This document shows, piece by piece, positions 17,432-28,139 of a stretch of 64,000 bases of DNA. The notes below the pieces were generated by a model, which was not told the DNA's origin, did no database searches, and saw nothing but the letters and a program-made list of their open reading frames with translations. Location of the stretch: positions 815,817 through 879,816 of the forward strand of contig OZ241838.1 of assembly GCA_965202605.1 (NCBI GenBank). Reading direction: 5' to 3'. Each line of letters opens with the position of its first letter. Within the stretch, counting starts at the first letter, position 1. The translations under genes were made by a program, and so were the position numbers. This stretch comes from a bacterium (GTDB taxonomy: Bacteria; JAAXHH01).

Positions 17432-19690
17432 ATGACATTCTTGAACGCGTTGATGCTACTGGGTCTCGCAGCGGTCGCGGTGCCGATTGCCATACATCTG
17501 TACCACCGCCGGCGAGTCTCCACCGTCGACTTCAGTTCCGTCATTTTCATTAGGGATCATCACCTGCAGCGGTCCCGGGCCCTCCGGCTCCGGGAGCTTC
17601 TGCTGCTTCTGCTCCGCACCCTCATCGTCCTGTTCCTGGTACTGGCTTTCTCCAGGCCGGTCGTCGAAGGCCTGGCGGGTTCGTTGATCGGCAGCAGCCT
17701 CGAGCAGCGGACGGTCTTCGCCATCGTGCTGGACAATTCGTACAGCATGGAAGCAGGCCGTTACGGCGTCACGCCATTCTCCGCCGCAAAGGCCGAGGCC
17801 GGACGCATCATCGACGCGATGCGGGAAGGGGACGAGGGGTTGATCGTGCTGTCGGCCGCGCCGCCCGATGTCCTGCCTCCCGTTCCAACGGCCAACATGG
17901 AAACGCTCGGGGAACTGCTGGCGGAATTGGAAGTATCCGAAAGATCGGGAGACATGGCCGGCGCCCTGGATCTGGCACTGCGGAAACTGGCCGGCTTCGT
18001 CGCGGCGAACAAGCGCATCTACATACTGTCGGACATTCAGCGAAGCGACTGGCGGAATCTGGAGGAATCCGTTACGGCGGCCTCGTCGCAGCTGTCGCAA
18101 CCCGCCCCGCAACTGTACCTGTACGCCTACGAGGCGGGGAGCGTGGATAACGCCAGCATCGACGCGGTTTCCGTCAGCGAAGGGCTGCTGATACGCGATC
18201 AGCCGGAACAGTTCGTCGCGACCGTTGCCAACCGGAGCAGCGCCGCGATGAACGCCAGGGAGGTCAGTCTCGTCATAAACGGCGAGAAACGGGGCAGCCG
18301 CCAGGTAAACGTCGAAGCGGGCGGGACGGGTTCCGTGCAGTTCAACATTCTGATCGACCGGCCGGGCAGGTACGTCGGTTACGTGGAGCTGGACGAGGAT
18401 GACATCGCGGCCGATAATCGCCGGTATTTCACCCTTTCCGTCCCGGACGCTTTTGGCGTTACCGCGGTCGGCCGGACCGAATCCCGGTACTTCATCGAGC
18501 AGGTCCTGAAACCATCTGGCGGGCTGGTCACGCCCGTCGACCTGCGGACTGCATCCGCCGATGTGTTGAACAGCGATCTGTACGACGCGGGCGTGCTGAT
18601 CGTGGACGGCGGCGTGGAGCTGACGCCCGCGCGGCTTTCCAGCCTGGAACGGTACATTTCCTCCGGTGGCGGGGTCCTGGTGTTTCTGGGAGCGGGGCTG
18701 GATCCGGCCCATTACGGAAACAGGTTTTTCTCGGACGTCTTCGGTTGCTCGATCAGGGCCAGAAGGGGGGTGCCCGACAGGAAGCAGACCTTTCTCCGTA
18801 TCGACCAGGTCGACTACGAGCATCCCGTCTTTCGCTTCGCCGGCCGTTCCGCCGACGCGTTGTCTACCGGTGCGGCCCGGTTCTACGCGTCCTTTGCCGT
18901 AGACGCAGGCCGCGACGCACGGGTGATCGCGCGATTCGCGGACGGGACGCCGGCGGTACTCGAAGGACGATCCGGCAGCGGCCGGGCGCTTTTGATTGCG
19001 ACCGACGTAAACACGGGATGGAGCGACCTGGCGTTGAGAAGCATGTTCGTACCGTTCATGCATCGAAGCGTCCGGTATCTGCATCCATCCGTGGCGATCG
19101 CCGAAGGCGGTCATCTGGCGGGGAGCCCGGTCGCGCAGCCGCTGATCCGTTTTCCAGCCAATGAAGACCTTTACCTGGAATACCCCTCCGGACGTACGGA
19201 GACCGTACAGTCCCGGGTTGGCCGGAACGGGATTACGGTGGAAGTCCCGGATACGAAACAGTCCGGCGTTTATCTGCTGCGGGACGATGTGTCGGTCGTT
19301 CAGGCGTTCGCGGTAAATCCGGACCCCCGGGAATCGGACCTGGAGCGACTTGTCCCGGCACAGGCGTCCAGGCTGCTTGGCGTCGTCGCGCCAGTCGTTC
19401 TCATGAACCCGGACGTCTCGGAGGATTTTCCGCCACGCGGGGATCTCGGCTCCTCAGGCCGGTACGAGATATGGAAATCGCTGGTCCTCCTGGTGATATT
19501 GCTTCTCCTGGTCGAATACTGGTTTTCGGGTTCGCGCACCGGGGGCAACGCGGCAAGGATGACGAACGGGGATCCCGGACAGGTTGATCACGAAGGCGCT
19601 TCGACCCGTGGAAACGGGCTGGCCGGCCGGATCCGGCATCGCGTAGAGCGGTATCTCGAGGCGAGGGGATTGTCGCAAGTCCAGGACTGA
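17432..19690 (+). CDS. BatA-like N-terminal double-transmembrane domain protein with a von Willebrand factor A domain
   Basis: The N-terminus has two TM helices flanking HLYHRRR...LRLRELLLLLLR (BatA_N/TIGR02226-like). A vWA-like DxSxS segment (IVLDNSYSM) follows. There is a C-terminal TM helix. The product is 752 aa. Confidence 0.7.
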   Translation: MTFLNALMLLGLAAVAVPIAIHLYHRRRVSTVDFSSVIFIRDHHLQRSRALRLRELLLLLLRTLIVLFLVLAFSRPVVEGLAGSLIGSSLEQRTVFAIVLDNSYSMEAGRYGVTPFSAAKAEAGRIIDAMREGDEGLIVLSAAPPDVLPPVPTANMETLGELLAELEVSERSGDMAGALDLALRKLAGFVAANKRIYILSDIQRSDWRNLEESVTAASSQLSQPAPQLYLYAYEAGSVDNASIDAVSVSEGLLIRDQPEQFVATVANRSSAAMNAREVSLVINGEKRGSRQVNVEAGGTGSVQFNILIDRPGRYVGYVELDEDDIAADNRRYFTLSVPDAFGVTAVGRTESRYFIEQVLKPSGGLVTPVDLRTASADVLNSDLYDAGVLIVDGGVELTPARLSSLERYISSGGGVLVFLGAGLDPAHYGNRFFSDVFGCSIRARRGVPDRKQTFLRIDQVDYEHPVFRFAGRSADALSTGAARFYASFAVDAGRDARVIARFADGTPAVLEGRSGSGRALLIATDVNTGWSDLALRSMFVPFMHRSVRYLHPSVAIAEGGHLAGSPVAQPLIRFPANEDLYLEYPSGRTETVQSRVGRNGITVEVPDTKQSGVYLLRDDVSVVQAFAVNPDPRESDLERLVPAQASRLLGVVAPVVLMNPDVSEDFPPRGDLGSSGRYEIWKSLVLLVILLLLVEYWFSGSRTGGNAARMTNGDPGQVDHEGASTRGNGLAGRIRHRVERYLEARGLSQVQD

Positions 19691-19710
19691 AACGCGAGGG
19701 AAACGCCAAT

Positions 19711-21027
19711 ATGCCCGAAATGCACGTAGTACCCCGGAACATCCGGGAGCGTGCCCTGCTGATCGGCATGGTGCCGTCAAGCGAGCGGGTCGCCGAGATG
19801 GAAGAGTCGCTCGATGAACTGGCCCTGCTGGCCGATACCGCCGGCGCGGAAATCGTGGACAGGATCATCCAGGTCCGCAGCGCCATGCACCCGGCGTACT
19901 ACATCGGGACCGGCAAGGCGAAGTCCATCGCCGAGTTGTGCGAGGCGGAGGAGATCGACCTGGTGATTTTCGACGATGATCTCACGCCGGCCCAGGTCAG
20001 GAACCTGGACCGTGTCATCGAGCGGCGTATCCTGGACCGCAGCGGCCTCATACTCGACATATTCGCCTCGCGAGCCAGGTCGCGGCAGGCCAAGCTGCAG
20101 GTCGAGCTCGCCCAGTTGCAGTACATGATGCCGCGCCTGACGAGGCAGTGGGACCACCTGTCCCGACAGGAAGGCGGCGTGGCGGCGGGATCGTCCGGCG
20201 GCGCAATCGGGGTTCGGGGGCCTGGTGAAACGCAACTGGAGATCGACCGCCGTCTGACCCGCGGACGCATAACCCACCTGCGCAGGAACCTCAAGCAGGT
20301 GGTCGCCTCCTATAATCGTCAGCGTCAGCGCAGAAGCGCCATGTTCTGCGTTACCCTGATCGGTTACACCAACGCCGGCAAGTCTACGATTTTCAATGCG
20401 TTCACCCGGGCGGACACGCTGATCGAAGACCGGCTGTTCGCCACGCTCGACGCGACCACGCGTGCGGTCAACGTTACCCCGGGCCAACCGGTACTGCTGT
20501 CGGATACCGTGGGTTTTATCCGAAAACTGCCCCATCACCTGATTGCGTCTTTCAAAAGTACGCTGACCGAGGTCTATGACGCGGACCTGCTCGTACACGT
20601 CGTGGACGGCAGTCACCCCAATCACGTGGAGCATATCGCGACGGTGAACCAGGTACTGACCGAACTGGGGGTTTCCGACCTGCCCTCGCTGCTCGTCTTC
20701 AACAAGGCGGACCAGTTGGAAAGCCCGGACGCGCGGGATATCCTGACGCTCTCCTGTCCCGACGCCGTCACGGTGTCCGCGCTGGATCCCGGCGACGTGG
20801 AACGTTTGCGTCAGCGGATTTCAAGCCTGGTGGATCGACATCGCGTGGAGTTGGAACTGCTGATTCCGTATGAAAACGGACACGCGGTTTCCGTCGCGTA
20901 CGAATCGGGGGAAGTGCTGCGCCGGGAGGACGAATCGGAGGGGGTTCGCCTTACGGTCCGCATGATGCCGTCGGTAGCCGGCCGCCTCGGCAAGACGCTG
21001 GACGCCTACATCTGTGGGCAGGCGTGA
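19711..21027 (+). CDS. hflX: GTPase HflX
   Basis: The HflX N-domain is followed by GYTNAGKST (G1) and DTVGF (G3), with NKADQ (G4) further downstream. Confidence 0.9.
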   Translation: MPEMHVVPRNIRERALLIGMVPSSERVAEMEESLDELALLADTAGAEIVDRIIQVRSAMHPAYYIGTGKAKSIAELCEAEEIDLVIFDDDLTPAQVRNLDRVIERRILDRSGLILDIFASRARSRQAKLQVELAQLQYMMPRLTRQWDHLSRQEGGVAAGSSGGAIGVRGPGETQLEIDRRLTRGRITHLRRNLKQVVASYNRQRQRRSAMFCVTLIGYTNAGKSTIFNAFTRADTLIEDRLFATLDATTRAVNVTPGQPVLLSDTVGFIRKLPHHLIASFKSTLTEVYDADLLVHVVDGSHPNHVEHIATVNQVLTELGVSDLPSLLVFNKADQLESPDARDILTLSCPDAVTVSALDPGDVERLRQRISSLVDRHRVELELLIPYENGHAVSVAYESGEVLRREDESEGVRLTVRMMPSVAGRLGKTLDAYICGQA

Positions 21028-21086
21028 ACGCGGGAGTCTTTACCGCAACCAGGCGGAGGCGGGCGCGGCGTTGCGGCCTGCCCCGG

Positions 21087-22631
21087 TCACGGCACGTTGT
21101 CGCCGGACTCCGGTATCGGTGAAAGGTCCCTGGTATCCTGGAGGAACTGCTCGTTCAGGAGAAGCAGTTCCTGGCGCCACTGGGGGTTATACATCTCTCC
21201 CCTCGCCGAGGAGTGCAAGAGTTCGTATCTGCCGATACCCCGCCGGTCGCCGAAGACGAAGAAATGACGGCCACCATCCGTGGTCCGTGACGGGTCTCCA
21301 TCCACGCCCTCGGTATAGTACCAGATCTGGTAGGTCTTCATGATGTTGTCGCTGTCATGCCGTACGATTTCTTCCGGTTGGCCATACCTTATGAACACCG
21401 TGCCCCGGTCGCTCTCCGCCCCGCCAAGTTGAAAGTCCGCATAGGAAAACCGTTCGTTGAAAACGGCCATGGATTCGTTTTCCGGAGTTTCGGGCGTTGG
21501 GTCGCGCATGCGCCAGAAGGCGATCAGGAACTCGGTCTTGCCTTGCAGGTCGAGACTGTCGTATAGGTCCCGCTCCTGTTTGGACGCCAGGATCGCCAGC
21601 ATCCTCCGGCCCCTTTTCGCCTGATCTTCCGTCAACACCGTAACAGGCGCCGGCGGTGGCGGCGGCTGGACGATCTCGAACACGGCCGACCGGGAAGCTT
21701 CCACACCGGTCCGGGCGTCTTTGACGGTGATTTCGAGGGTATAGACGTCTTCCGGAAAGGTCATGTAGTCCAGCGCGATCACGTCCAGTCCGTCGGTACC
21801 CGTAATCTGCCGGTTCTTTTTGGGCGGGAGGGGAAAAGTCATACCATTGGCATGACTGGTTACCGCGGGGTAAATGTCGTAAGCAGCCCCGTTTCCCGTC
21901 GAATCCGGGGCCAGATTGTATATCTCGAAATAAAGGAACATGTTACGAGGCTTGTAACTGCCATCAACGGGCATCTCGGCCCATTTCTCGAATATGCGAA
22001 GGGGATTGGGCACGACCAGCAGGCCGTTTTTCGTGAAACGGTTGCTGTCGTCGGCTCTTTGGATGAGCGTTGAGAACTGCAGATCGCTCACGGAAAGCTC
22101 AGATGAATCAAGCGGCTGGGCGACAAAGGGCTTGATCGCTTCGCCGTCGCGCCTGGAGTTCAGATCCGTCACCAGCACCTTCGCCCGGTACGAACCGGCG
22201 GGAACTCCCGCGGCGATCAATTCCATTATCACCCTTTCCTCGCCTCTCCGGGTAACGACGACCGGGCGGTCCGTCTGGTATTCCCTTTTCTGCACTGTAT
22301 GGAAGACGATATTGTCCTGATCGTCGATGATGGACAGGTCGATCGAGAAGGTGGCGACGTAGATCCTGTCCTCTTTTTCTTCGAGGATAAACTCGCTGGG
22401 GCGGCACAGGAAATAGAACTCCACGTAGGTCTGTGCCCCGGGCCCTCTGAACCCGCTCACGTCCACGGCAAAATCGATATCGCCGGTACTGTTGGCGGGT
22501 AACAGGACGGGGTCGCCGGCGGCGTTGGCGGAATCTGCATCTGTCGAGGTCGTTTCCTGTACCTGGGCTAAGGCGGACCCGGTGCATAGCAGGCAAACAA
22601 GACCGACAAGACGGCAGTAGAATCTAAACAC
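21087..22631 (-). CDS. Secreted GWxTD-domain protein
   Basis: A signal peptide is present. The C-terminal region (YQIWYY...RGTVFIRYGQPEEI...HFFVFGDRRG) resembles the GWxTD domain. The product is 514 aa. Confidence 0.6.
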   Translation of the reverse strand: MFRFYCRLVGLVCLLCTGSALAQVQETTSTDADSANAAGDPVLLPANSTGDIDFAVDVSGFRGPGAQTYVEFYFLCRPSEFILEEKEDRIYVATFSIDLSIIDDQDNIVFHTVQKREYQTDRPVVVTRRGEERVIMELIAAGVPAGSYRAKVLVTDLNSRRDGEAIKPFVAQPLDSSELSVSDLQFSTLIQRADDSNRFTKNGLLVVPNPLRIFEKWAEMPVDGSYKPRNMFLYFEIYNLAPDSTGNGAAYDIYPAVTSHANGMTFPLPPKKNRQITGTDGLDVIALDYMTFPEDVYTLEITVKDARTGVEASRSAVFEIVQPPPPPAPVTVLTEDQAKRGRRMLAILASKQERDLYDSLDLQGKTEFLIAFWRMRDPTPETPENESMAVFNERFSYADFQLGGAESDRGTVFIRYGQPEEIVRHDSDNIMKTYQIWYYTEGVDGDPSRTTDGGRHFFVFGDRRGIGRYELLHSSARGEMYNPQWRQELLLLNEQFLQDTRDLSPIPESGDNVP

Positions 22632-22819
22632 TTCGGAGTATCTCCCGGTTTGAGGTCATCCCGGATGCTGAAAAGCGCGGGAACCCGGCAGCCGCGTTAC
22701 GTACCGGTCCCGGATATGGATTGACTTGCGGATATGAAATACCGATCTATGATATCCTGATCCGGTTCGCGCACTACCTGATCCAGTATCATCACACGCG
22801 TTTCGCCATTACGATATTG

Positions 22820-22877
22820 CGATCATAAACGCGTCCGGCTCACGCGAACGATCATAAACGCGCCGACTCACGCGCGG
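22820..22877. repeat. 29-bp direct repeat, 2 tandem copies, in the divergent intergenic region between the GWxTD gene and the dehydrogenase gene
   Basis: gatcataaacgcgtccggctcacgcgaac is followed by gatcataaacgcgccgactcacgcgcggt. Confidence 0.8.
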
Positions 22878-22973
22878 TGGTGTTCTGAATCTTAATTTAA
22901 GGTCTTGTTTACCGTTGGGCAACTGATTTGTCCGGCCGGCCGGATTCGTTCGCGCCGAATACGGGAGGATACC

Positions 22974-23939
22974 ATGTTACGGCTTTGGTCGGATCGAGCC
23001 ATGCCCCCGGCGATTCGTTCGGAGTTTGATCATCGCATACGTGTAAACGGCTCGGCGGAGGATTCGCCCGAAGACCCGCTTCGCGACCTGCCCGGCGCCC
23101 ATGCGATCGTCGCGGGTGCGCGGAGAGTATACGACGGCGAACTGATGGACAGGTATCCGGAAATGAAGGCCATATGCCGGACAGGCATCGGCATCGACAA
23201 CATCGTCGTACCGGATGCCACGGAAAGAGGCATCGCGGTCTGCCATACGCCGGACGGTCCGACCCTGTCCACGGCCGAGACCGCCATCGCCCTGATCCTG
23301 GCCTCGGTTAAGCATATCAAGCGAGTTTCCAGGGAATTCGCGGAAAGGCCCGGGAGAGATTACCTGTCCGGCTACCAGGGGATGGAGGTCTTCGGGCGGA
23401 CACTGGGGCTGATCGGGCTCGGACGCATTGGAAGCCGGGTCGCCCGGTTAGCCGTCGCCCTCGGCATGCGCGTGGTCGCCTACGATCCCTACATCGAGGA
23501 AGAACGGGCGGTGGAGTTGGGCATTGAACGGCAGGACCGCATCGAGGCCGTGCTTGCCGGGTCGGACGTCGTCTCGGTGCATGCTCCGCTGACGGAAGAA
23601 ACCCGCCACCTGATGAACGGAAACCGCTTTGCCCAAATGAAGCAGGGCGCGTTCTTCGTCAACGTGTCGCGGGGCGGGCTGGTGGACGAAGAGGCGCTTT
23701 GCGCCGCGCTCGACCGGGGAAGTCTCGCCGGGGCGGCCCTGGACGTCTTCGACCCCGAACCGCCGTCCGCGGACAACCCGCTGCTCCAACGCGACGACGT
23801 GATCGTTACGCCCCATATCGCCGGCGTGTCGGTAGCGAGCAGGGAACGGATGTGGAGGATGGCGGTATCGATGGCGCTTCAGGTCTGGAACGGCGAAGAG
23901 CCGGACCACGTCGTCAACCCGGACGCCCTGTCCTCGTGA
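22974..23939 (+). CDS. D-isomer-specific 2-hydroxyacid dehydrogenase (phosphoglycerate dehydrogenase-like)
   Basis: GLIGLGRIGSRVA is the NAD-binding motif. The catalytic His lies in ...TPHIAG.... The start was chosen at MLRLW, downstream of a GGAGGA ribosome-binding site. Confidence 0.9.
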   Translation: MLRLWSDRAMPPAIRSEFDHRIRVNGSAEDSPEDPLRDLPGAHAIVAGARRVYDGELMDRYPEMKAICRTGIGIDNIVVPDATERGIAVCHTPDGPTLSTAETAIALILASVKHIKRVSREFAERPGRDYLSGYQGMEVFGRTLGLIGLGRIGSRVARLAVALGMRVVAYDPYIEEERAVELGIERQDRIEAVLAGSDVVSVHAPLTEETRHLMNGNRFAQMKQGAFFVNVSRGGLVDEEALCAALDRGSLAGAALDVFDPEPPSADNPLLQRDDVIVTPHIAGVSVASRERMWRMAVSMALQVWNGEEPDHVVNPDALSS

Positions 23940-24001
23940 GACCCGGCGTCCTGCGCGGAGGCTGGGCCTCATACTCGTAGACCGGGTGTCTTGCGCGGCG
24001 G

Positions 24002-24745
24002 TTACCTGAATACCTGTACGTCGGCCGCCCGGGGCGTGTCCACGCCGTGCTTCATGCGCATGATTTCCTTCTGGCGTTCCGTGAGCAGACCGTACCATTC
24101 GACGGGAAACCGTTCGTGAGGGTCGTACTGGAACATGAGCATGCGTTTGCGGTAATGGGCGAATAGCGCGTGCCGGTTCGCGTTGCCGCGGTTGGCTCCG
24201 CCCGCGTGCCAGCACTGCCCGTTGAAAACCAGGACGCTTCCCGCGGGCGCGGAAGGCTGCGCGAAGTACTTCACTTCGACTCCCCGGGGAGGATGGCCAA
24301 GCCCGCTCTTATGGGTCCCGGGAACGACCCGCGTGCCGCCGTTCTCCGGCGAGAAACCGTCCAGCATCCACACGGTGTTCATCATGACCGGCGAGGCCAT
24401 GTTGAGCATTTCCGCCGGTATGTCGCTGTGAAACCCCTGGTCGCCGTCCCCCGGTCGGACGATGCGGCTGTTCAGACTGCCCAGGATGAGCGACTTCTCG
24501 AGGTAATGCTCCAGGATGGGCAGAACGCGGGGATGGTCGATGACCGGGAAGAAGACGGGATCGAGGGTCGGCAGATTGCTCACGTGCCTGCAGGAGCCCT
24601 CGCCTCCACGCTCTTCGCCCACCTCGTCATTCAGGCGTATCAGCACACTGCGCATGGATTCGATCTGGTCGGCTGACAGGACGCGCTCCACGACCGTGAA
24701 ACCGTACACGTCCAGTTCGTAGACGGCGTTCTCGAATTCGGTCAT
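24002..24745 (-). CDS. Phytanoyl-CoA dioxygenase (PhyH) family Fe(II)/2-oxoglutarate oxygenase
   Basis: The HSD (HxD) facial-triad segment GFHSDIP and the overall 247-aa PhyH layout are present. Confidence 0.8.
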   Translation of the reverse strand: MTEFENAVYELDVYGFTVVERVLSADQIESMRSVLIRLNDEVGEERGGEGSCRHVSNLPTLDPVFFPVIDHPRVLPILEHYLEKSLILGSLNSRIVRPGDGDQGFHSDIPAEMLNMASPVMMNTVWMLDGFSPENGGTRVVPGTHKSGLGHPPRGVEVKYFAQPSAPAGSVLVFNGQCWHAGGANRGNANRHALFAHYRKRMLMFQYDPHERFPVEWYGLLTERQKEIMRMKHGVDTPRAADVQVFR

Positions 24746-24748
24746 CGG

Positions 24749-25534
24749 CTACTCCAGGTATTCGCCGGGGATTCTCGTGCCTTCATACCGGGCATCCGCG
24801 GGGCGGTTCAGGATGGGTTCGGGCACCTCGCCGGTCCAGTAGTCCGGCACGGTCAGCGGCCGGTTGTGCCAGCCCAGGAGCAGGGTCCGCCGCCGGTCGC
24901 TGTTGTTGCCGCGGGCGGCGTGCAGGACCCGCGCTTCTCCGATGACCAGGTCCCCGGCTTTCATGGGCAGGTCGACGGCGTCGGGGTGATCGCCGAACAT
25001 GTGCGGGTCTTCCAGGTCGGCGAAGTAGGCGGTCTTCTGGTGGGCGACCTCCACCTGTTGGTGCAGGGGAATGCGCCTGCGATGCGTACCGGGTATGACG
25101 CGGAAACAACCGTTCTCGAGTTCGGTGTCGACCAGATAGTAGGAAAGAAAGATGGTCTGCGGCCAGGGCGCCATGCTGATCGGGTCGTTCCACGCCATCC
25201 AGTCCTGGTGCCAGTAGAGGGGCGGACCGCCGGCCGGTTTGCTCAGGATGATGACGATCCCTGAAGGGGTGAAATCCGTCAGGCCCATGGCTTCGAGGAT
25301 ATCCCGGGCGCCGGGCCACTCGAGCAGGTTGCCCATCACCTCGTTGTCCCTGGCGGCCACGTGCAGGTCGGATCCCTGGTACTGCCATTCGGGCGGATGT
25401 TCCACGGAGTCGAGAAGGCGGTCCGATTCCTCGCGGAGCGTCTCCAGAAAATCCTCGCTCAACACGCCCTCGATATGACAGTATCCGTCGCGGATCAACT
25501 GATTCCGCTTACGCGCGCCTTCTTCCCTTGTCAT
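24749..25534 (-). CDS. Phytanoyl-CoA dioxygenase (PhyH) family protein, second copy
   Basis: YWHQDWMAW and the overall PhyH fold are present. It is a tandem paralog of the preceding gene. The product is 261 aa. Confidence 0.8.
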   Translation of the reverse strand: MTREEGARKRNQLIRDGYCHIEGVLSEDFLETLREESDRLLDSVEHPPEWQYQGSDLHVAARDNEVMGNLLEWPGARDILEAMGLTDFTPSGIVIILSKPAGGPPLYWHQDWMAWNDPISMAPWPQTIFLSYYLVDTELENGCFRVIPGTHRRRIPLHQQVEVAHQKTAYFADLEDPHMFGDHPDAVDLPMKAGDLVIGEARVLHAARGNNSDRRRTLLLGWHNRPLTVPDYWTGEVPEPILNRPADARYEGTRIPGEYLE

Positions 25535-25611
25535 GCTCCGGCTCCTTGCCCGCGTTTCAGACCCCTGCCCGCGATCGAGCGGTTCGTTCGATTCTCAACC
25601 CATTGGTTCAT

Positions 25612-26367
25612 CTACTTGTTGCCGCGTGACAACCCGTTGTCCACCAGGTAGTTGTAGCTTTTTCTGACCGCATCGACCATGTCCGTCGCGCAGCTGTCCA
25701 GCTCGACGATGTGCCATTCGGTATGGCTGCCTCCGGCCGCGATCACACCGGGGAGGGCCACCTTGCCCTCACCCAGCGCGGTCATGTCCGTATTCCGCAG
25801 GCAGGGCCCGTCCTTGAGATGAAGCAGGGGGGCGCGCGCGCCGAGGCGTTCGAGCACGCCCGCCGGGTCCTGACCGCCGACCTGAACCCAGTATACGTCC
25901 ACCTGGAAGAAAACCTCCGGCGAAAGATGTTCGAGGAGGATATCCGTCGCGACCCGCCCCTCCACTTCCAGGTACTCCCACCAGTGATTGTGAATCCCGA
26001 AGGTCATGCCGTGGGACGCCACCGCCTCCGCGGCCTCGTTGAAACGGTCCGCCGACCACTTTATGTTGTCCACGGTACTGTGATCGTCGCGGCCCAGTCC
26101 CGAGACTACGCGTTTCGTGCCGATCGCGCCCGCGGTATCGATGACGTAGGACGCGTTGTCACCCACGGGCAGGGGCAGGTGCGCGCTGGGAACGTCGAGG
26201 TTCAACGAACGGAACAGCTTGCCCGCCGCTTCCGGCGTGGTGCCCGGAAACCCGGCGGGTTCGACGCCCGCGTAACCGATCTCCGCGGTCAGGTTCACCA
26301 CGTGTTCGAAGTCCTTGTCTGCCAGTTCTCGAAGGGTATAAAGCTGCAAGGCTACAGGCGGGGGCAT
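25612..26367 (-). CDS. Sugar phosphate isomerase/epimerase (xylose-isomerase-like TIM barrel)
   Basis: MPPPVALQLYTLRE...GYAGVE is a typical AP_endonuc_2 N-terminus. The start was taken at the internal Met, which follows an AGGTG ribosome-binding site. The upstream N-terminal extension of the longer ORF only encodes the 9-bp repeat. Confidence 0.8.
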   Translation of the reverse strand: MPPPVALQLYTLRELADKDFEHVVNLTAEIGYAGVEPAGFPGTTPEAAGKLFRSLNLDVPSAHLPLPVGDNASYVIDTAGAIGTKRVVSGLGRDDHSTVDNIKWSADRFNEAAEAVASHGMTFGIHNHWWEYLEVEGRVATDILLEHLSPEVFFQVDVYWVQVGGQDPAGVLERLGARAPLLHLKDGPCLRNTDMTALGEGKVALPGVIAAGGSHTEWHIVELDSCATDMVDAVRKSYNYLVDNGLSRGNK

Positions 26368-26419
26368 AATACGGCACCTCTTTCTGTCTTCTTGAGCCGA
26401 CTCGGGCTGTGCGAAGGCT

Positions 26420-26451
26420 GTGCGGACCGTGCGGACCGTGCGGTCCGTGCG
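26420..26451. repeat. 9-bp tandem repeat (GTGCGGACC), about 3.5 copies, in the isomerase upstream region
   Basis: gtgcggaccgtgcggaccgtgcggtccgtgcg. Confidence 0.8.
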
Positions 26452-26532
26452 AATAAGTAAGACGTCAGCGGGTCGCTGTCTGAAAACGCAGGGAGAATAT
26501 ACGAACCCCGCCAACGGCGTGCAAGCGAATCG

Positions 26533-27156
26533 TCAGGACGGATTGTATGTGAAATCCCCGGCGCCGCGGCGCAGGACGGCATCCCCCTTGCGCAGCATGC
26601 GCAGTACGCTTTCCTCGTGGATCATTTCCATGAGGTCGTTCTTCTCAAACCACCTGAGATCATGGGATTCATCGCTAATCTTCAGGGGTTGTTCGGCGGA
26701 TGCGATCAGCAAGTAGCGGAGGTCGTAATGTTCATGCGCGGGTACGCCGGGCCGGGCGGCGATGACGTGGATGTCCACGTCCAGCGGAACGAATCCTTCC
26801 GGCTCCCGGAACAGTCCGAATCCCGTCAGTCCGGACTCTTCTTCAGCTTCCCGCAGGGCGACGAGGTGGGGCTGGGCACACCCGTCGGCATGGCCGCCAA
26901 GCTGCAGCCAGCGGTCGAAGATCCGGTGCCGGGTCATCAGGTACTTCGAACGATCGGGCGAAACGATCCAGGCCGAGCCAGTGATATGGCCCGGCATGCA
27001 CGTTCTTTCGAAGCAGTCGGGATACCCGGCGACCAGGGAACGTATCCGCGCTGCCGTATCCCCTTCATCCGGATAACGCGCAAGGTAATGCCCCAGGGCC
27101 TGCTGGAGACCGCTGCGATGCGACTGTCCTGCCCCGTCCTCGTCGATTGGCCTCAT
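26533..27156 (-). CDS. NUDIX hydrolase
   Basis: The Nudix box GGHADGCAQPHLVALREAEEESG is present. The product is 207 aa. Confidence 0.85.
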   Translation of the reverse strand: MRPIDEDGAGQSHRSGLQQALGHYLARYPDEGDTAARIRSLVAGYPDCFERTCMPGHITGSAWIVSPDRSKYLMTRHRIFDRWLQLGGHADGCAQPHLVALREAEEESGLTGFGLFREPEGFVPLDVDIHVIAARPGVPAHEHYDLRYLLIASAEQPLKISDESHDLRWFEKNDLMEMIHEESVLRMLRKGDAVLRRGAGDFTYNPS

Positions 27157-28139
27157 CGGTCCGTTTCCCAGTAGCAGGGTACATCGAGCTCATCGCCCAG
27201 TTCCCGCAGCGACTGGATGTGGGCGCTGTCCAGGGGGATCCCGTTCCGGCCGAAATCGGCCTCCCGTTCGGCCTCGAGTTCTCCCGGAAGCAACGAGCGG
27301 TCCAGTCCCGGCAGCGGATGCATGGCGTGTATGTTCTTCCTCAGTACCGCGACCGTTCGAGTGTAATCGGACGGGTCGCCGATGAAGGCGGGATCCAGGA
27401 CGAATGCGGTGAGACTGCTGGTGGCTCCCGGATAGCGGTTTTCGATGGCGGATTGCGCGTCCACCGGCCAGGTCAGCATGACGGAGGTGACCTGGTAGGC
27501 CAGTCCCTTGATCAAAGGCAGCACGCTGATCTCTGATATTTGCTGCTGAACATCGGGCAGCTCCAGGTGCGTGCCCATGTCGATCAGCACGGACGGTTCG
27601 CCCTCCGCCGCGGGGAACCCGAAACTCACCGGTGGGTTATTCAGCGCCTGGATGACGGGTTCGGGTCGATTGAAGGGAAGGGGACTCATGGGCGTGCTGT
27701 AGTACAGGCAGATCATGCCCGCCCCGGTGGCGATGCGCGTCCAGTTTCCGACCGAGCCCGTATGACCGCAGTGCGTCGCCGTGACAAGGCAGATCCCCGC
27801 GGATTTCGCCCGGGAGACCGCGGAGCGAATGGCCCGGGCGGAGACGAGATGGCCAATGCCCCCGTCCCCGTCCCATTGCACCACGGCGGTCGCCTCCCGG
27901 TAGATCCTGATGTTCGGCCTGGCATTGTACTTGCCTGACTGGAAGGACCTCACATAGCCCGGAAGCTGGCGGGTTCCGTGGCTGAGGACGCCGCGCAGGT
28001 CCGTCGCGGTCAGGTAATCGGCCATTTCGGCCGCGTGGGCTTTCGGCAGGCCGGCCTTGCGAAGTGATTCTGCTGTAAAACGGTGCAGGGACTTCGCATC
28101 GTAGCGGGGGTTGGCGTAATCAACAGGTATGATGGCCAC
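27153..28139 (-). CDS. Ldh_2 family (type 2 malate/L-lactate dehydrogenase-like) oxidoreductase
   Basis: The 328-aa product has the HGTRQLPGY...GHTGSVG pattern typical of the Ldh_2 family. Confidence 0.7.
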   Translation of the reverse strand: MAIIPVDYANPRYDAKSLHRFTAESLRKAGLPKAHAAEMADYLTATDLRGVLSHGTRQLPGYVRSFQSGKYNARPNIRIYREATAVVQWDGDGGIGHLVSARAIRSAVSRAKSAGICLVTATHCGHTGSVGNWTRIATGAGMICLYYSTPMSPLPFNRPEPVIQALNNPPVSFGFPAAEGEPSVLIDMGTHLELPDVQQQISEISVLPLIKGLAYQVTSVMLTWPVDAQSAIENRYPGATSSLTAFVLDPAFIGDPSDYTRTVAVLRKNIHAMHPLPGLDRSLLPGELEAEREADFGRNGIPLDSAHIQSLRELGDELDVPCYWETDR